DNA of 63,900 nucleotides, filler included, from Octopus bimaculoides (GCF_001194135.2; 10 parts of 9 records of this genome joined end to end with filler, not necessarily neighbours in it), one strand, 5' to 3'. Shown: positions 25,953 through 39,589, numbered from the whole stretch's first letter. Translations and numbers: made by a program. The notes: generated by a model not told the origin, from the sequence alone.

Positions 25953-25965
25953 TGTCAATAATAAT

Positions 25966-26340
25966 AGGCGCACGCGTAGCTGTGTTGTAAGTAGTTTGCT
26001 TACCAACCACATGGTTCCGGGTTCATTCCCATTGCGTGGCACCGTGGGCAAGTGTCTTCTAATATAGCCTCGGGATCTGGTAGGCGGAAACTGAAATCCC
26101 GTCGCATACATGTAAATATGCATGTATGTGTGTGCATATATTTGTGTGTCTGTGTTTGCCCTCCCCCCAAACATCACTTGACAGCTGATGGTGGTATGTT
26201 TACGTTCCTGTAACTTAACGGTTCGGCAAAAAAACCGATAGGCTTACAGAGAATAAGTCCTAGGGTCGATTTGTTCGACTAGAGGTGGTGCCCCAGCATG
26301 ACCGCAGTCAAATGACTCAAACAAGTAAAATAGTGAAAGA
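25966..26340 (+). mobile_element. Full-length tRNA-derived SINE family A
   Basis: tRNA-like head (AGCTGTGTTGTAAG; GGGTTCATTCCC), central (TA/TG)n, 3' end CCCCAGCATGACCGCAGTCAAATGACTCAAACAAGTAAAA. About 12 copies or fragments in the window. Confidence 0.9.
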
Positions 26341-26343
26341 GTA

Positions 26344-26390
<47 letters not shown>

Positions 26391-26690
26391 ATATGTCTAT
26401 ATGTGTGTGTGTCATTCTGTCTGTATTTGTCTATCAATTACCGCTTAAACATCTCTTTAAAATATCTCCTTAAAAACTGGAAGATTCCACCCATTCGTGA
26501 TTGATTGCACATCAATATATATTATTTTGTATCGCTTGGTGACAACGCATATATTTTTTCTACTTTCATTGTGTCACTTTGTATATATATTTTATATCGA
26601 GGTTTATTATTTATATTTCAACGTAGGTGTTTCTAAGTCATTTAAAAATACACGAAAAAGTGTTAGATTCACTTCAACATTTAAATTCAA

Positions 26691-26741
26691 TTTGCCAAAA
26701 TATTTTCGTCGCTTTCAGACCGCGACCTGTTTACTTTCAAA
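26691..26741 (-). ncRNA. Degenerate hammerhead-like motif, possibly derived from a G3-C8 core
   Basis: Minus strand: TTTGAAA-GTAAACA-G-GTCGC-GGTCTGAAA-GCGAC-GAAA-ATAT-TT-TGGCAAA. Confidence 0.4.
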
Positions 26742-27054
26742 ATTCCGTGCTGCATCTAAGTAAGTAACAGTAAGTTCATGATATATATGTACGTACGTAC
26801 GTATGTATGTATGTATGTATGTATGTATGTATGTATGTATGTATGCATGTATGTATGTATGCATGCATGCACATATATATGTACACCGTATGTATGTTCA
26901 TACGTACATATGTATGAATGTGAGTATTTAGGTATGTAAGTTTGTATATATGTCTGTTTGTGTTTATATGTGTATGTACATGGGAACGTAGGTTTTTGTA
27001 CTGATATTTGTGTCTGTTCAAATTGCATACATGACTGTTACTCTGTCGAAGGTC

Positions 27055-27092
<38 letters not shown>

Positions 27093-27188
27093 CAAAAACA
27101 CAATAACAAAAAAACAAAAAAACAACAAGGTGAGGACGTGATATGGATAGTATTATTGGACGCTCAGGAAAGGAAAGAGAGAGTGTAT

Positions 27189-27215
27189 GACGTTTCGGGC
27201 GTAGCCCTTCGTCGG
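27189..27215 (-). ncRNA. Minimal hammerhead motif with CCGACGA core; stem I not evident
   Basis: Minus strand: CCGACGA-A-GGGC-TAC-GCCC-GAAA-CG-TC. Confidence 0.55.
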
Positions 27216-27494
27216 AAAGATGGAAAGTTCGGAGAATGGAAGAACGGAGAAAGAGGAAAATGGTACCGATGCCCACGAGGTTACATGATGAAAAGACCGG
27301 AAGAGGAGGTGGTGGGGGAAAAGTTCTTTCTAAGATGGGAGAGTGAAAAAGGGAGATGAATATCGGTGCGCGTNNNNNNNNNNNNNNNNNNNNNNNNNNN
27401 NNNNNNNNNNNNNNNNNTTAATTAATTAANNNNNNNNNNNNNNNNNNNNNNNNNNNNNNNNNNNNNNNNNNNNATATATATATATATATATATA

Positions 27495-27765
27495 TAAAGA
27501 GTGTCCATAAAGACTCTTTACAATTTCGAAAATTTATTACAAGTGCAATTAAATATTAAATCTGTGGAAATTATAACAAAATGCAAAGTAAATATTGAAG
27601 TTTTCTTTTTTTTTTTTTTGCTTAATTGAGTACATCACTATATGGACACCATTAGCTGCACAAAGCACATGAAGACGGTAATCAGTTTCTTCCCTTATTC
27701 GCTGCAGCATAGCCTTATCAATGGTGGCAACGGCATCAGTGATCCTTTGCTTCAGGTAGTTGCTA
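27495..27765 (-). mobile_element. Tc1/mariner (maT-like) 3' end fragment
   Basis: TIR-like TA|TAAAGAGTGTCCATAAAG. Minus strand LKQRITDAVATIDKAMLQRIREETDYRLHVLCAANGVHI. Confidence 0.75.
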
Positions 27766-27809
27766 TATTTAACATAACTGGAACCAATCTAGTGAGGCTA
27801 AACATAGAA

Positions 27810-28050
27810 GATCGTTTCAAGCTGGGAGCAGCTGAAAAATTTAAGACTCTGCTCCCCAGAAAAAAAGCCATGAAAGATTTACTGTGATATACATCTGGAA
27901 AATTCTACCAGACCTCGTAAAAACCTTGTGATGAAGTTACACAATCAACAGAGAGGGCAACGCTGCATAGTCTCAAACATCCCAGTATCGACTTCAAAAT
28001 GCATAACCAGATTGTGCAACACCATAAAATTCTCTCATCCAGCAAATAGC
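27810..28050 (+). mobile_element. CR1-group LINE 3' fragment
   Basis: Frameshifted SWEQLKNLRLCSPE..RFTVIYIWKIL..RGQRCIVSNIP..SKCITRLCN, matching the CR1-type ORF2 C-terminus. Confidence 0.6.
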
Positions 28051-28711
28051 GCGTATCAGAGGAGGTTTAGTGGAAGTGCAGGAAACCTAACAGCGGTGCA
28101 CCAGCATAGCCGCAGTTTTTGAGCTGCTAAAAGAAAGTGTATGTATATATATATATATATATATATATNNNNNNNNNNNNNNNNNNNNNNNNNNNNNNNN
28201 NNNNNNNNNNNNNNNNNNNNNNNNNNNNNNNNNNNNNNNNNNNNNNNNNNNNNNNNNNNNNNNNNNNNNNNNNNNNNNNNNNNNNNNNNNNNNNNNNNNN
28301 NNNNNNNNNNNNNNNNNNNNNNNNNNNNNNNNNNNNNNNNNNNNNNNNNNNNNNNNNNNNNNNNNNNNNNNNNNNNNNNNNNNNNNNNNNNNNNNNNNNN
28401 NNNNNNNNNNNNNNNNNNNNNNNNNNNNNNNNNNNNNNNNNNNNNNNNNNNNNNNNNNNNNNNNNNNNNNNNNNNNNNNNNNNNNNNNNNNNNNNNNNNN
28501 NNNNNNNNNNNNNNNNNNNNNNNNNNNNNNNNNNNNNNNNNNNNNNNNNNNNNNNNNNNNNNNNNNNNNNNNNNNNNNNNNNNNNNNNNNNNNNNNNNNN
28601 NNNNNNNNNNNNNNNNNNNNNNNNNNNNNNNNNNNNNNNNNNNNNNNNNNNNNNNNNNNNNNNNNNNNNNNNNNNNNNNNNNNNNNNNNNNNNNNNNNNN
28701 NNNNNNNNNNN

Positions 28712-28767
<56 letters not shown>

Positions 28768-29707
28768 GTGCATATATTAACACACGTACATAGATATATA
28801 TGTCAGCTTGTGTGCGTGTGTATGTGTGTATGCGCGTGTGTATAAATATACACTACGTATATACGCACAATGTCATGCTTTGAGCAAAGTACAAAAATAT
28901 CACATTAACCAGGGTCACGTAAAAGTGTACTATATTTAATATATACAGTTATATATCTACTTTACAAATGATGAAATATTGACTGTTCGTGTTTCCTCTT
29001 TCACATACTATGTTTGATTCTTGATTTGCTTGGCCGAATCAACTTCCGTTTCCGGCTGAAAAAAAAAATTAAACAGATGCATGCGCCTATGTGTCTGTGA
29101 ATTCCTTCATGTATTTATTTCAGTTTTGTCTTACATTTTTGGCTCAGTCTTTTTGCTTTCACTGTATCTCCGTTCGCAATATATATCTATCCAGCCTTCT
29201 CAGTATTTGCCTTCATTTTCTCTCTTTTTTTTATTTTTGGCCATCTTTTTCTAATTGTCTGCGACCGTATCTCCTACTTTTATGTTTCTCTCTCAGTCTG
29301 TGTTTCCTGCTCAAGCTCTCCTCTATATTCAGTTATAAACACAAATCTTTTTAAATCTGAAACGTCATTCATCCATTTCTAAATTATGAACATGTTCCTG
29401 ACATAAAAGTTACTCTGCTTAATTCTTTACATTTTGAAGTATATCATTGGATAATACATTTCTTTCATCATTTTCTCTTTTATTTACATATATAAAATGA
29501 AACAGTAAGATATATATATACATATATATACATAGGGGTCAGCCACACTTAAGTGGCAATATACTACACTTTATCGTGCAGTTACTGTTAATACTTCATT
29601 TAGAGAATTAACATTGCTTGTTTTCACCTTTTCAATATCAGTGAAGAATTTCACTGGAAAAGAAGATATAAGGTTTGCCAGGTTTTTGTCTCTCTCACCA
29701 AGGTCAT

Positions 29708-29764
29708 CAGCTGTCGAACGCCGACGAAGGGAAATAACCCTGAAATCCGGATACGTTCGTGCTG
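29708..29764 (+). ncRNA. Complete type I hammerhead ribozyme with U4C core variant
   Basis: CAGC-TGT-CGAACG-CCGACGA-AGGG-AAATAA-CCCT-GAAA-TCCGGA-TA-CGTTCG-T-GCTG. This gives a perfect 6-bp stem I, a 4-bp extension across an internal loop, a 4-bp stem II, a palindromic stem III (AUCCGGAU) and an AUA cleavage triplet. Confidence 0.75.
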
Positions 29765-30774
29765 CTGGTCGAGGTGAGAGGGATAACTCCCTTGGCAAAC
29801 AGGACACAGTCGTGTGTCGATAAGCCAGCTGGGGGAGATGTNNNNNNNNNNNNNNNNNNNNNNNNNNNNNNNNNNNNNNNNNNNNNNNNNNNNNNNNNNN
29901 NNNNNNNNNNNNNNNNNNNNNNNNNNNNNNNNNNNNNNNNNNNNNNNNNNNNNNNNNNNNNNNNNNNNNNNNNNNNNNNNNNNNNNNNNNNNNNNNNNNN
30001 NNNNNNNNNNNNNNNNNNNNNNNNNNNNNNNNNNNNNNNNNNNNNNNNNNNNNNNNNNNNNNNNNNNNNNNNNNNNNNNNNNNNNNNNNNNNNNNNNNNN
30101 NNNNNNNNNNNNNNNNNNNNNNNNNNNNNNNNNNNNNNNNNNNNNNNNNNNNNNNNNNNNNNNNNNNNNNNNNNNNNNNNNNNNNNNNNNNNNNNNNNNN
30201 NNNNNNNNNNNNNNNNNNNNNNNNNNNNNNNNNNNNNNNNNNNNNNNNNNNNNNNNNNNNNNNNNNNNNNNNNNNNNNNNNNNNNNNNNNNNNNNNNNNN
30301 NNNNNNNNNNNNNNNNNNNNNNNNNNNNNNNNNNNNNNNNNNNNNNNNNNNNNNNNNNNNNNNNNNNNNNNNNNNNNNNNNNNNNNNNNNNNNNNNNNNN
30401 NNNNNNNNNNNNNNNNNNNNNNNNNNNNNNNNNNNNNNNNNNNNNNNNNNNNNNNNNNNNNNNNNNNNNNNNNNNNNNNNNNNNNNNNNNNNNNNNNNNN
30501 NNNNNNNNNNNNNNNNNNNNNNNNNNNNNNNNNNNNNNNNNNNNNNNNNNNNNNNNNNNNNNNNNNNNNNNNNNNNNNNNNNNNNNNNNNNNNNNNTATA
30601 TATATATGTTTTAGGGAAAAGAACCAAGGTTCATGAACTCATCGATGAAAATCCACTGTCACATATAGAATACATATATTTTATATTGTCAAGCTTAGTT
30701 TAATTTTAATTTTTGATAAATTGAATTTAATTGAGTTTTTACCTGTAAATTTGGATTTTTATCCCTAATAATAT

Positions 30775-30809
<35 letters not shown>

Positions 30810-31148
30810 ATGTATATGTACATGTTCTATATGTGTATGTATGTATATATCTGTGTGTATATGTATGTATGATAGAGGTGTATATAAGTCTATGAAGAAT
30901 ATCAATTAAAAGACTTGCGTTTATGCGATTAGATTATAACTTTGCTTATTTGCTACTAATTAAACCTTAAAAGCACTGTACAAAGCGGAAGAAATTATCA
31001 ACAAACCGCCATGAGGCTGACTGGAACCCACATCGCTTGAAGCCTCCGGCCAAGTGCTGCAAAGTAATCCGCAATTTCAGACGCTCTAAAGTTAAATGCA
31101 TAATTACGTCTATATAAAATTATATTTATATGCATGTATTGGTCAGTA

Positions 31149-31397
31149 AGGCGCAGGAGTGGCTGTGTAGTAAGTAGCTTGCTTACCAACCACATGGTTC
31201 CGGGTTCAGTCCCACTGCGTGGAATCTTGGGCAAGTGTATTCTACTATAGCCTTGGGCCGACCAAAGCTTTGTGAGTGGATTTGGTAGACGGAAATTGAA
31301 AGAAGCACGTCGTATATGTTTATATATATGTGTGTGTGTGTGTGTGCTTGTGTGTCTGTGTTTGGCCCCCTGGCACTGCTTGACAACCGATGCTGAT
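31149..31397 (+). mobile_element. SINE family A (3'-truncated)
   Basis: AGGCGCAGGAGTGGCTGTGTAGTAAG..GGGTTCAGTCCCACTGCGTGG..TTGACAACCGATGCTG. Confidence 0.9.
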
Positions 31398-32670
31398 CTA
31401 ATTGCCAAAGAAAATGGATTAGAAATGATTACATGTCGTTGATTCGACTACACCAAAGATCTATATTGCTTATGGGTGCAAAACGATTAAGAGAATCATA
31501 TTAAATAACATGAAACAGGTATTATTTAGATTTGACAACTGCACTTCGACGTTAACTAACAATTGCTGATCTAACTGTTACGCATTATCTCATTCCCGAT
31601 TCATTCATGAATTTCACCTCTGCAGACTAAAGGAGGATTTCAATTTTAAAACGCGTTGTTTCTTATGTAGGTAATGAACAAGTTTACAATAATTCAATTC
31701 TGGACATCAAGAATAACTCTGCTGCCAGGTTATGTATCTCTAGGGAGCTACGATCTGCAGGCTACACAAGTAGTTTGATGTCATAACTACTCATCAGTTT
31801 GTGTTAAAATTTGCTGCATTTGTTTATCAATTAACAGATACTATGATGTAAAGTGATAAATGTTACACTCATACACTCTCAACTACATTTTTTTATTACC
31901 AGACTACAGTATTTACTTACTTGCTTTTACATAATTCGTATCGATATTCATGTTATAATTAATAATTCTCTTTACTATTACTGAACCCGCATACTACTCC
32001 AGTAGAATCAACGTTTCACAACTGTGATGTCGATAAGGTATGCATCAATCTGGAGGTAGGTTGCCAGCGTAGTGAAGGGCATCAGGCAAAATGCTTTGCA
32101 GAACATCTGATTGTGCCTAAATTAGAAGATTTTTTATGATACCGAAAAAATATTTACAGCTCATTTACATTGCTAAAAATACTTTCACCAATATATTATG
32201 ATGCATTTAATTGACTGAGTGGTCTTGAGAGAAGTATAAAGCATTGATCTACTGCAAAAACCGATTACGACTGCTCGAAATTATTTGAACTACGTCACTT
32301 ACAGACTGGGAGGAAGAAATAACAAAATTATAATGGCAACGTGGGTCAGTATTATTCTCAATGCATATTGTTAAAAAGAAGGTCCCATTGGATAAATTAC
32401 ATATATACACTTGAATTCATGTCTGTATATTAATTTATTTACCACTATAAATTATTAATACTCTCATACTCAGAGCAATAATATCTTATAAGGATAATTG
32501 CAGTGGTCTAGTTGTTATACAGTACAGCCTGCATTGTAATGGCATCGCACCAACTTCATAAAAAAGCTAAAACCTGTGATTCTGCGGTGGAATTCAAAGT
32601 GAAACTTAAATACTTTTAATTCTTCGAGTAGGATCAATGATAACAACACGATAAACTTGATACTACCCTT

Positions 32671-33025
32671 AGGCGCCGGAGTGGCTGTGTGGTAAGTAAC
32701 TTGCTTACCAACCACATGGTTCCGGGTTCAGTCCCACTGCGTGGCACCTTGGGCAAGTGTCTTCTACTATAGCCTCGGGCCGACCAAAGCCTTGTGAGTG
32801 GATTTGGTAGATGGAAACTGAAAGAAGCCCGTCGTGTATATGTGTATANNNNNNNNNNTGTTGGTGTGTTTGCGTCCCCGTAACTTAGCGGTTCGGCAAA
32901 AAGAGACCGATAGAATAAGTACTAGGCTTACAAAGAATAAGTCCTGGGGTCGATTTTCTCGACTGAAAGCGGTGCTCCTGCATGGCCGCAGTCAAATGAT
33001 TGAAACAAGTGAAAGAGTAAAGAGA
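32671..33025 (+). mobile_element. Full-length SINE family A
   Basis: A box GTGGCTGTGTGGTAAG, B box GGGTTCAGTCCC, canonical 3' end. Confidence 0.92.
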
Positions 33026-35030
33026 GTTACGTTTTCTTACAAAAATGTGAAAAAGTCCGAAACTTTACTTAAACTTATTTTAAAGATTTCGAGTAAGTCA
33101 TCGTGTTGTTCCCAATGTAAGGTTGTTTAAAGCGTAATTCTGTATCGCAGGTATGATAGTAGGTTGGTTGCAAAATGCTAAATATTATTATAGGTTTCTT
33201 AAATGCATTAATGACAAAACTGAAGCCGTGCTAAAGTCGTTGTAATTTTGATCTCCAATGAACTTCCCTTTCATTCTCGAGTGCACGTTCACTGAAACTA
33301 CAAGCAACACCGAAGAAAAAATATGCCACGGCATGCGTTTAACCGGGTATTCATTGCAGAAATACTAACAGTGTGTTTCCGTTGTTGTCAACATTAGTAT
33401 TTAGTTTTCAGTTATTTGTTTCTAGTGTTGGTGTTGGTGTTGTTCTTGTTAGCATGTTGTTGTAATATGATGTTGCAGTTACCTTTTATATTTATTATTT
33501 TCACACAAATCTTGTATTAAATGTTGCTACGCCACGTAGAAATTTCTATGACTGCTTCACGCTGGGTTTGCTTCAACATTATTTCAGATCATACCCTGCA
33601 AATGGCACGTTCATTACAACGGCTTTCTTTTCCCTTCAGTTCCTACCTGCATCAATTATTTATTCATTTATTTATTTATATTTTAATGGAATTATTATTG
33701 TTCTTATTTTTGGCATTGCTTTTGTTGTTGTCATTGTTCTTCTCCTTCTTCTCCTCCTTCTTCTTCTTCATCTTCTTCTTCATCTTCTTCTTCTTCTTAT
33801 TATTATTATTATTATTTGTTCAGAAAGTTTTCCAATCACTCTTCAAAGCACTGGATTTTATAAGAACAGTCGCATGGAATGATATTTTTCTTGTTAATTT
33901 TATGCTCACACAGGGAGTCTTAGAAGTATTTGGAAGTCTGCCCGTACATAGTTAAGACGAAAAATACAATATGTTTTTCGACAAATTCCAGTTTTGTTTT
34001 CTTATTTGCCTCATGCATGTAGAAGATGTCTGAGAAAGACAGTAGTAAGACACTCACAAAAGACAAGTAAAGAAGATGAAGATATGTACGCATAAGAGAA
34101 ACAAGAGGAAATGAAGACTTCTGTTCGAGCAACATATATTTCCAAACGAAATCAACTTAATGATATCTTTATTGATTATCGTAGTAATATGAATATTTCT
34201 AGTGACGTGTTTGTCAACAAAAATGAAACTGTAACTACAACAGAACACATACGTTTTTGCAAACGAAAATATTGAATATCTGCTGAAATGCTGTCCATTG
34301 CTAAGTAAGTTTTCCCCTAATATATCAAGCGACAGAATTACCGTAAATATGGATCTAACCCAGACGGAGTTCAAACCATAGCCAAGCTGTATCACGAAAG
34401 CATGTGTCTTTCTGTCAAAAATCATTTGTCAAAAATTTTTAAAATAGCACAAAACTGTCTGAAAATTGTGATGCATTTCTGCCCGTTGTAAACCGGAAAC
34501 GGCCTTCCCTGTACCTAAACTAAATTCTAGTATATGTACACGGCAGATAGAGTTGTGTGTTTTACATCGCTTAAAGCAAAGTATACGTAAGTGTATGTCC
34601 GAATTTTCATGTCTGAAGAAGTGTAGAAACAAAGATTGGTAAACCGACGCAATTTTGCTAAGGATAAATTTCAAAGATTTGGGCAGCTTATTCTTAGAGA
34701 TATTGACAGAAAACTGCATTTTGTTAACATTATAGTGTAATATGGATGAAATTTAAAGGCAAAGTTATGAAAATGAAATATGGTTGGAACTCGTAATTAT
34801 GGGTACAGCGCCTAATGAACATCGAAAAAAGTAGAACAGACATGAAACTATTCTCTGTCTTTTATTCATATAGAAATGAAATGGGATTGGTGGTGTAACA
34901 TAAAATAACCAGCTGTTCTGTGTATCCAGCTATTCTGTGTAAATCAGAGACACTTAAAGCTTTCTGCCCTGGGAATCTAAAAGACGGAGAGAGAAAGAGA
35001 AACAGAGACTGACATACACAGAAAGGAATT

Positions 35031-35529
<499 letters not shown>

Positions 35530-38459
35530 GCATTGCATTACCACATTTTACTGGTTTCTACATTGCGTGTTTTTCAGGCACTATGCATTCTTTCATGTAA
35601 TGTTTTCATTTTTGTCTTAGTGTTCTCATTCTCCCACCTTTTTATTTCCTTTCCCATATTTTCCTATTTCACTTTTTGACATTACACGAGTTGTTTTCTT
35701 ACTTTCTTCCGTTCTTACCGAACCACTTTACTCGAATTTACAGTGATTCACGTTCTCATACTTCCTAATTCTTCCCAATTTATGCGAGCGGTTATTAATC
35801 TCTCTCGCTCTCTCCCATACTCACATACACGGTGGTGCATCAGCATGGCTGCAGCTCTAAGCTGAAACTTAATATATATATATATATATATATATACATA
35901 CATATATANNNNNNNNNNNNNNNNNNNNNNNNNNNNNNNNNNNNNNNNNNNNNNNNNNNNNNNNNNNNNNNNNNNNNNNNNNNNNNNNNNNNNNNNNNNN
36001 NNNNNNNNNNNNNNNNNNNNNNNNNNNNNNNNNNNNNNNNNNNNNNNNNNNNNNNNNNNNNNNNNNNNNNNNNNNNNNNNNNNNNNNNNNNNNNNNNNNN
36101 NNNNNNNNNNNNNNNNNNNNNNNNNNNNNNNNNNNNNNNNNNNNNNNNNNNNNNNNNNNNNNNNNNNNNNNNNNNNNNNNNNNNNNNNNNNNNNNNNNNN
36201 NNNNNNNNNNNNNNNNNNNNNNNNNNNNNNNNNNNNNNNNNNNNNNNNNNNNNNNNNNNNNNNNNNNNNNNNNNNNNNNNNNNNNNNNNNNNNNNNNNNN
36301 NNNNNNNNNNNNNNNNNNNNNNNNNNNNNNNNNNNNNNNNNNNNNNNNNNNNNNNNNNNNNNNNNNNNNNNNNNNNNNNNNNNNNNNNNNNATATATGAT
36401 ATAATATTATATATATGTATATGTTTTTATGTCTGTATATGTATATGTGGCTATATATCTATATAGTGGTCTCTTGCTCGATTTTATTTCATTCTTTCAA
36501 TTTCTACTTCTGCTGACCCCTGCACCATCTCCTCACCTTTTTCCCTATCTCTGAACCTCTCTCCTTTGTCTAAGTCCAGGAGTTCTAATAACAGATTAAC
36601 CGTTATTTGCACAGTTTGAAGCACTGCATGAATGTCCTTCGCCACACTAATGAGCTTTATATCATTATACCTTACATTCAAGGTATAATTTGAAACTACC
36701 ACGTTTATTCTCTATGTATAATTCGCACACACATAGAAACACATACAGCCCCTTGTAACATACGCATACATTCGCACTTAAACACACATAAACGTTTGTA
36801 TGAACACATACTTAAGGTGTTCTCCTCGTTCTCACAGATTCAGGTCTCCACTTATAAATCAACTATTGCTTTACTTTCTATGGCTGACATTTACAGACAA
36901 TAAATAGAAAAATATATACTTCATCTCCCCAAGATGTTATCGTTCGGAAATTCTGCACCTTAACAAGTGTGCGTGTTCTTTTATGTTCACAATTACTTGT
37001 TGTTATTGTTGTTGCTGTTATTGGTGGTGATGTTGGTGGTGGTGCTGGATATTGTTGAGACGTTTAGATATCTTTGTCATCGTTTCTTTCGAAGTGGTAG
37101 TTTTCGTGTTGGACTTGATCGTGGTGATGAGGCTGCATAGCCTCAGGTTAATCGTGCTCTGAGAGAGCCATATTCAGAGGTGTTTGAGATGCGACCATCT
37201 CATACATGTTTATTTCTCTTCTTTTCTTTCTTAGTTTCATTATTTCTTTGTTTTTCAACTAGTGTTTTTGTAGAAGTACATCTTCCAATATATATCCTTC
37301 CTTACTAAAGAAAAAAAGCAAATAAAATCTGTAACTGTAGTTTGAGTGAGTTTTCAGTGTTATTTGTGCCAGATAGGAACGACTAGTTGAAGGCATAGCA
37401 TGGTGTTCTGATCATGTTTCTTTCTCATTCTTTTCTTTCATTCCTTCATTCATTCTTTCTTTCATTTTCAACTGGAGTTTTCCGGAATTACATCATCTGA
37501 TATATACTTCTTCACGAAGGAAATAAATAAAAACACACCTTAACTAAAAACAGGGTGATTTTGGTATTTCTATCATATAGGAATAACCAGCAGAAGATAT
37601 AGCATGTTGGTTTTATCGTTGTAAAATATGCTGCTTCTACCACTGTCTTTGACGGTCATGGTGATGCTGTTGCTAACGAGGACTCCGTTGGTATTATCGA
37701 TTTCGTCTAACCACTTCCTAAATAACATTTAGTGCAGGCACGGTGCCGTTACAAATATTATGATTTATTTCTTCCATTCTCGCATTTTTCTCTAAGTATC
37801 TTGTGCTTCTGTGCAGTATATTATTACACATTCACATGTATCACTGTCGTAGCTACAATTTCAATGCCAGTTTCTTTACCTTTGATGTACAAATGCAAAA
37901 ATATGACACTATTTTCCGTTACACTAAAACGAATTCATTTTATTACAGTTATATATGTATGTGTTTATGTCATTGCACACACACACGTTCTTCTCATGGG
38001 AATATTATAACGGTATCGCTCAACTAAAATTGTTGACTCATCTCTAAAAATAATAACAGGGAGTACAATTTGATTTTACTTCTTCCGGCAAAAGAAGTTG
38101 ACCAATTAACATAAGCAGCCAAGACCAATGATCCACACGAGAAAATAAAATGATCGAACTAAATTGGCACGTAAACTGATAAAGATAACGATGTAATATA
38201 TTTTTTGTGTAATTCAACGTTAGTGGTGAGTCAATATATAAATACATTAAGAAGGAGGAAGAGGAGGAGGAGGAGGGGGAGGAGGAGGTGGTGGGTGGAG
38301 AAGGAGGGGAAGGAGTTGGTGGATGAAGAGGAGGGGGAGCAGGGCTGGCAGTTGAGTGAGTTAAACGGAGAGGAATGAGAGGAGAAAATAGAAAGTGAAG
38401 GGAGATACAGAGTGGTAGAGAAATTGATAGATGTATAATGAGAACATGAGGAAGGAAAC

Positions 38460-38586
38460 GGATAGACACATAGACAGACAGACAGGCAGACAGAGACACA
38501 GATAGAGTGATAGTTCTGACAGATAGACAGAGACAGATAGATAAACAGAAAGAGAAAGTTAGACAGGAAGACAGACAGAAAAAGAA

Positions 38587-38668
<82 letters not shown>

Positions 38669-38746
38669 TAGATAGATAGATAAATAGATAGTCTCTTCTG
38701 CAATCAATATTTTATATTTCCAAATATACGTTTGTGTTTGAGTATA

Positions 38747-38845
<99 letters not shown>

Positions 38846-38905
38846 ATTGGCCTGTGTATCATTGTGTGTGTGTGTGTGCATTGGCCTGTGTATCATTGTG
38901 TGTGT
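38460..38905. repeat. (GACA)/(GATA)/(GA)/(GT) compound microsatellite with a short tandem duplication (GCATTGGCCTGTGTATCATTG twice)
   Basis: Direct inspection. Confidence 0.95.
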
Positions 38906-39187
38906 GCGTGTGTGTATGGGAGTCTATAGCGAAAAGCAAAGCCAGACAGATACAACAGCCCACACATACATACACACACAAACACTGTATATTCAAACAC
39001 ATATTTTTATGCCTATACATGGGCATGTGAACGTTGTAGAATGATTAAGGGTCTGGGTTTCAAAATTATATGATTCTATCTCCATTGAAATGTCTGATAG
39101 CGTTTGCATGTTTGAATAATTTTATTTGTGCAAATGCATGCAGAGAAAATTCGAAACGCATTTCGAAGTATTCAACAGAACAAGTAA

Positions 39188-39228
<41 letters not shown>

Positions 39229-39589
39229 NNNNNNNNNNNNNNNNNNNNNNNNNNNNNNNNNNNNNNNNNNNNTTAATTAATTAANNNNNNNNNNNNNNNN
39301 NNNNNNNNNNNNNNNNNNNNNNNNNNNNGCGCGTTTGTGTGTGTATGTGAAAGATGTATGTGCGTGTATGATGAATATATGTGTGTGTGATAGATGTATG
39401 TGTGTGTTTGTGAGATAGAGATGTGTATGTGTGTGTTTGTGAGATAAATGTGTTCGTGTGTGTGTTTATGTGTGTGTGTTTATGTGTGTGTGTGTTTATG
39501 TGTGTGTGTTTATGTGTGTGTGTGTGTGAAACCTAGTATTTTACTGAAAACATCAGATGCCAAGAAACACCATGTTGTATGCTCTTCCA

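Noticed and set aside
31770-31800. CTGATGA plus 6-bp stem on the minus strand; also CTGAAGA at 3438, 34616 and 60641
   Set aside because: There is no correctly placed GAAA/UH, so these are not hammerheads.
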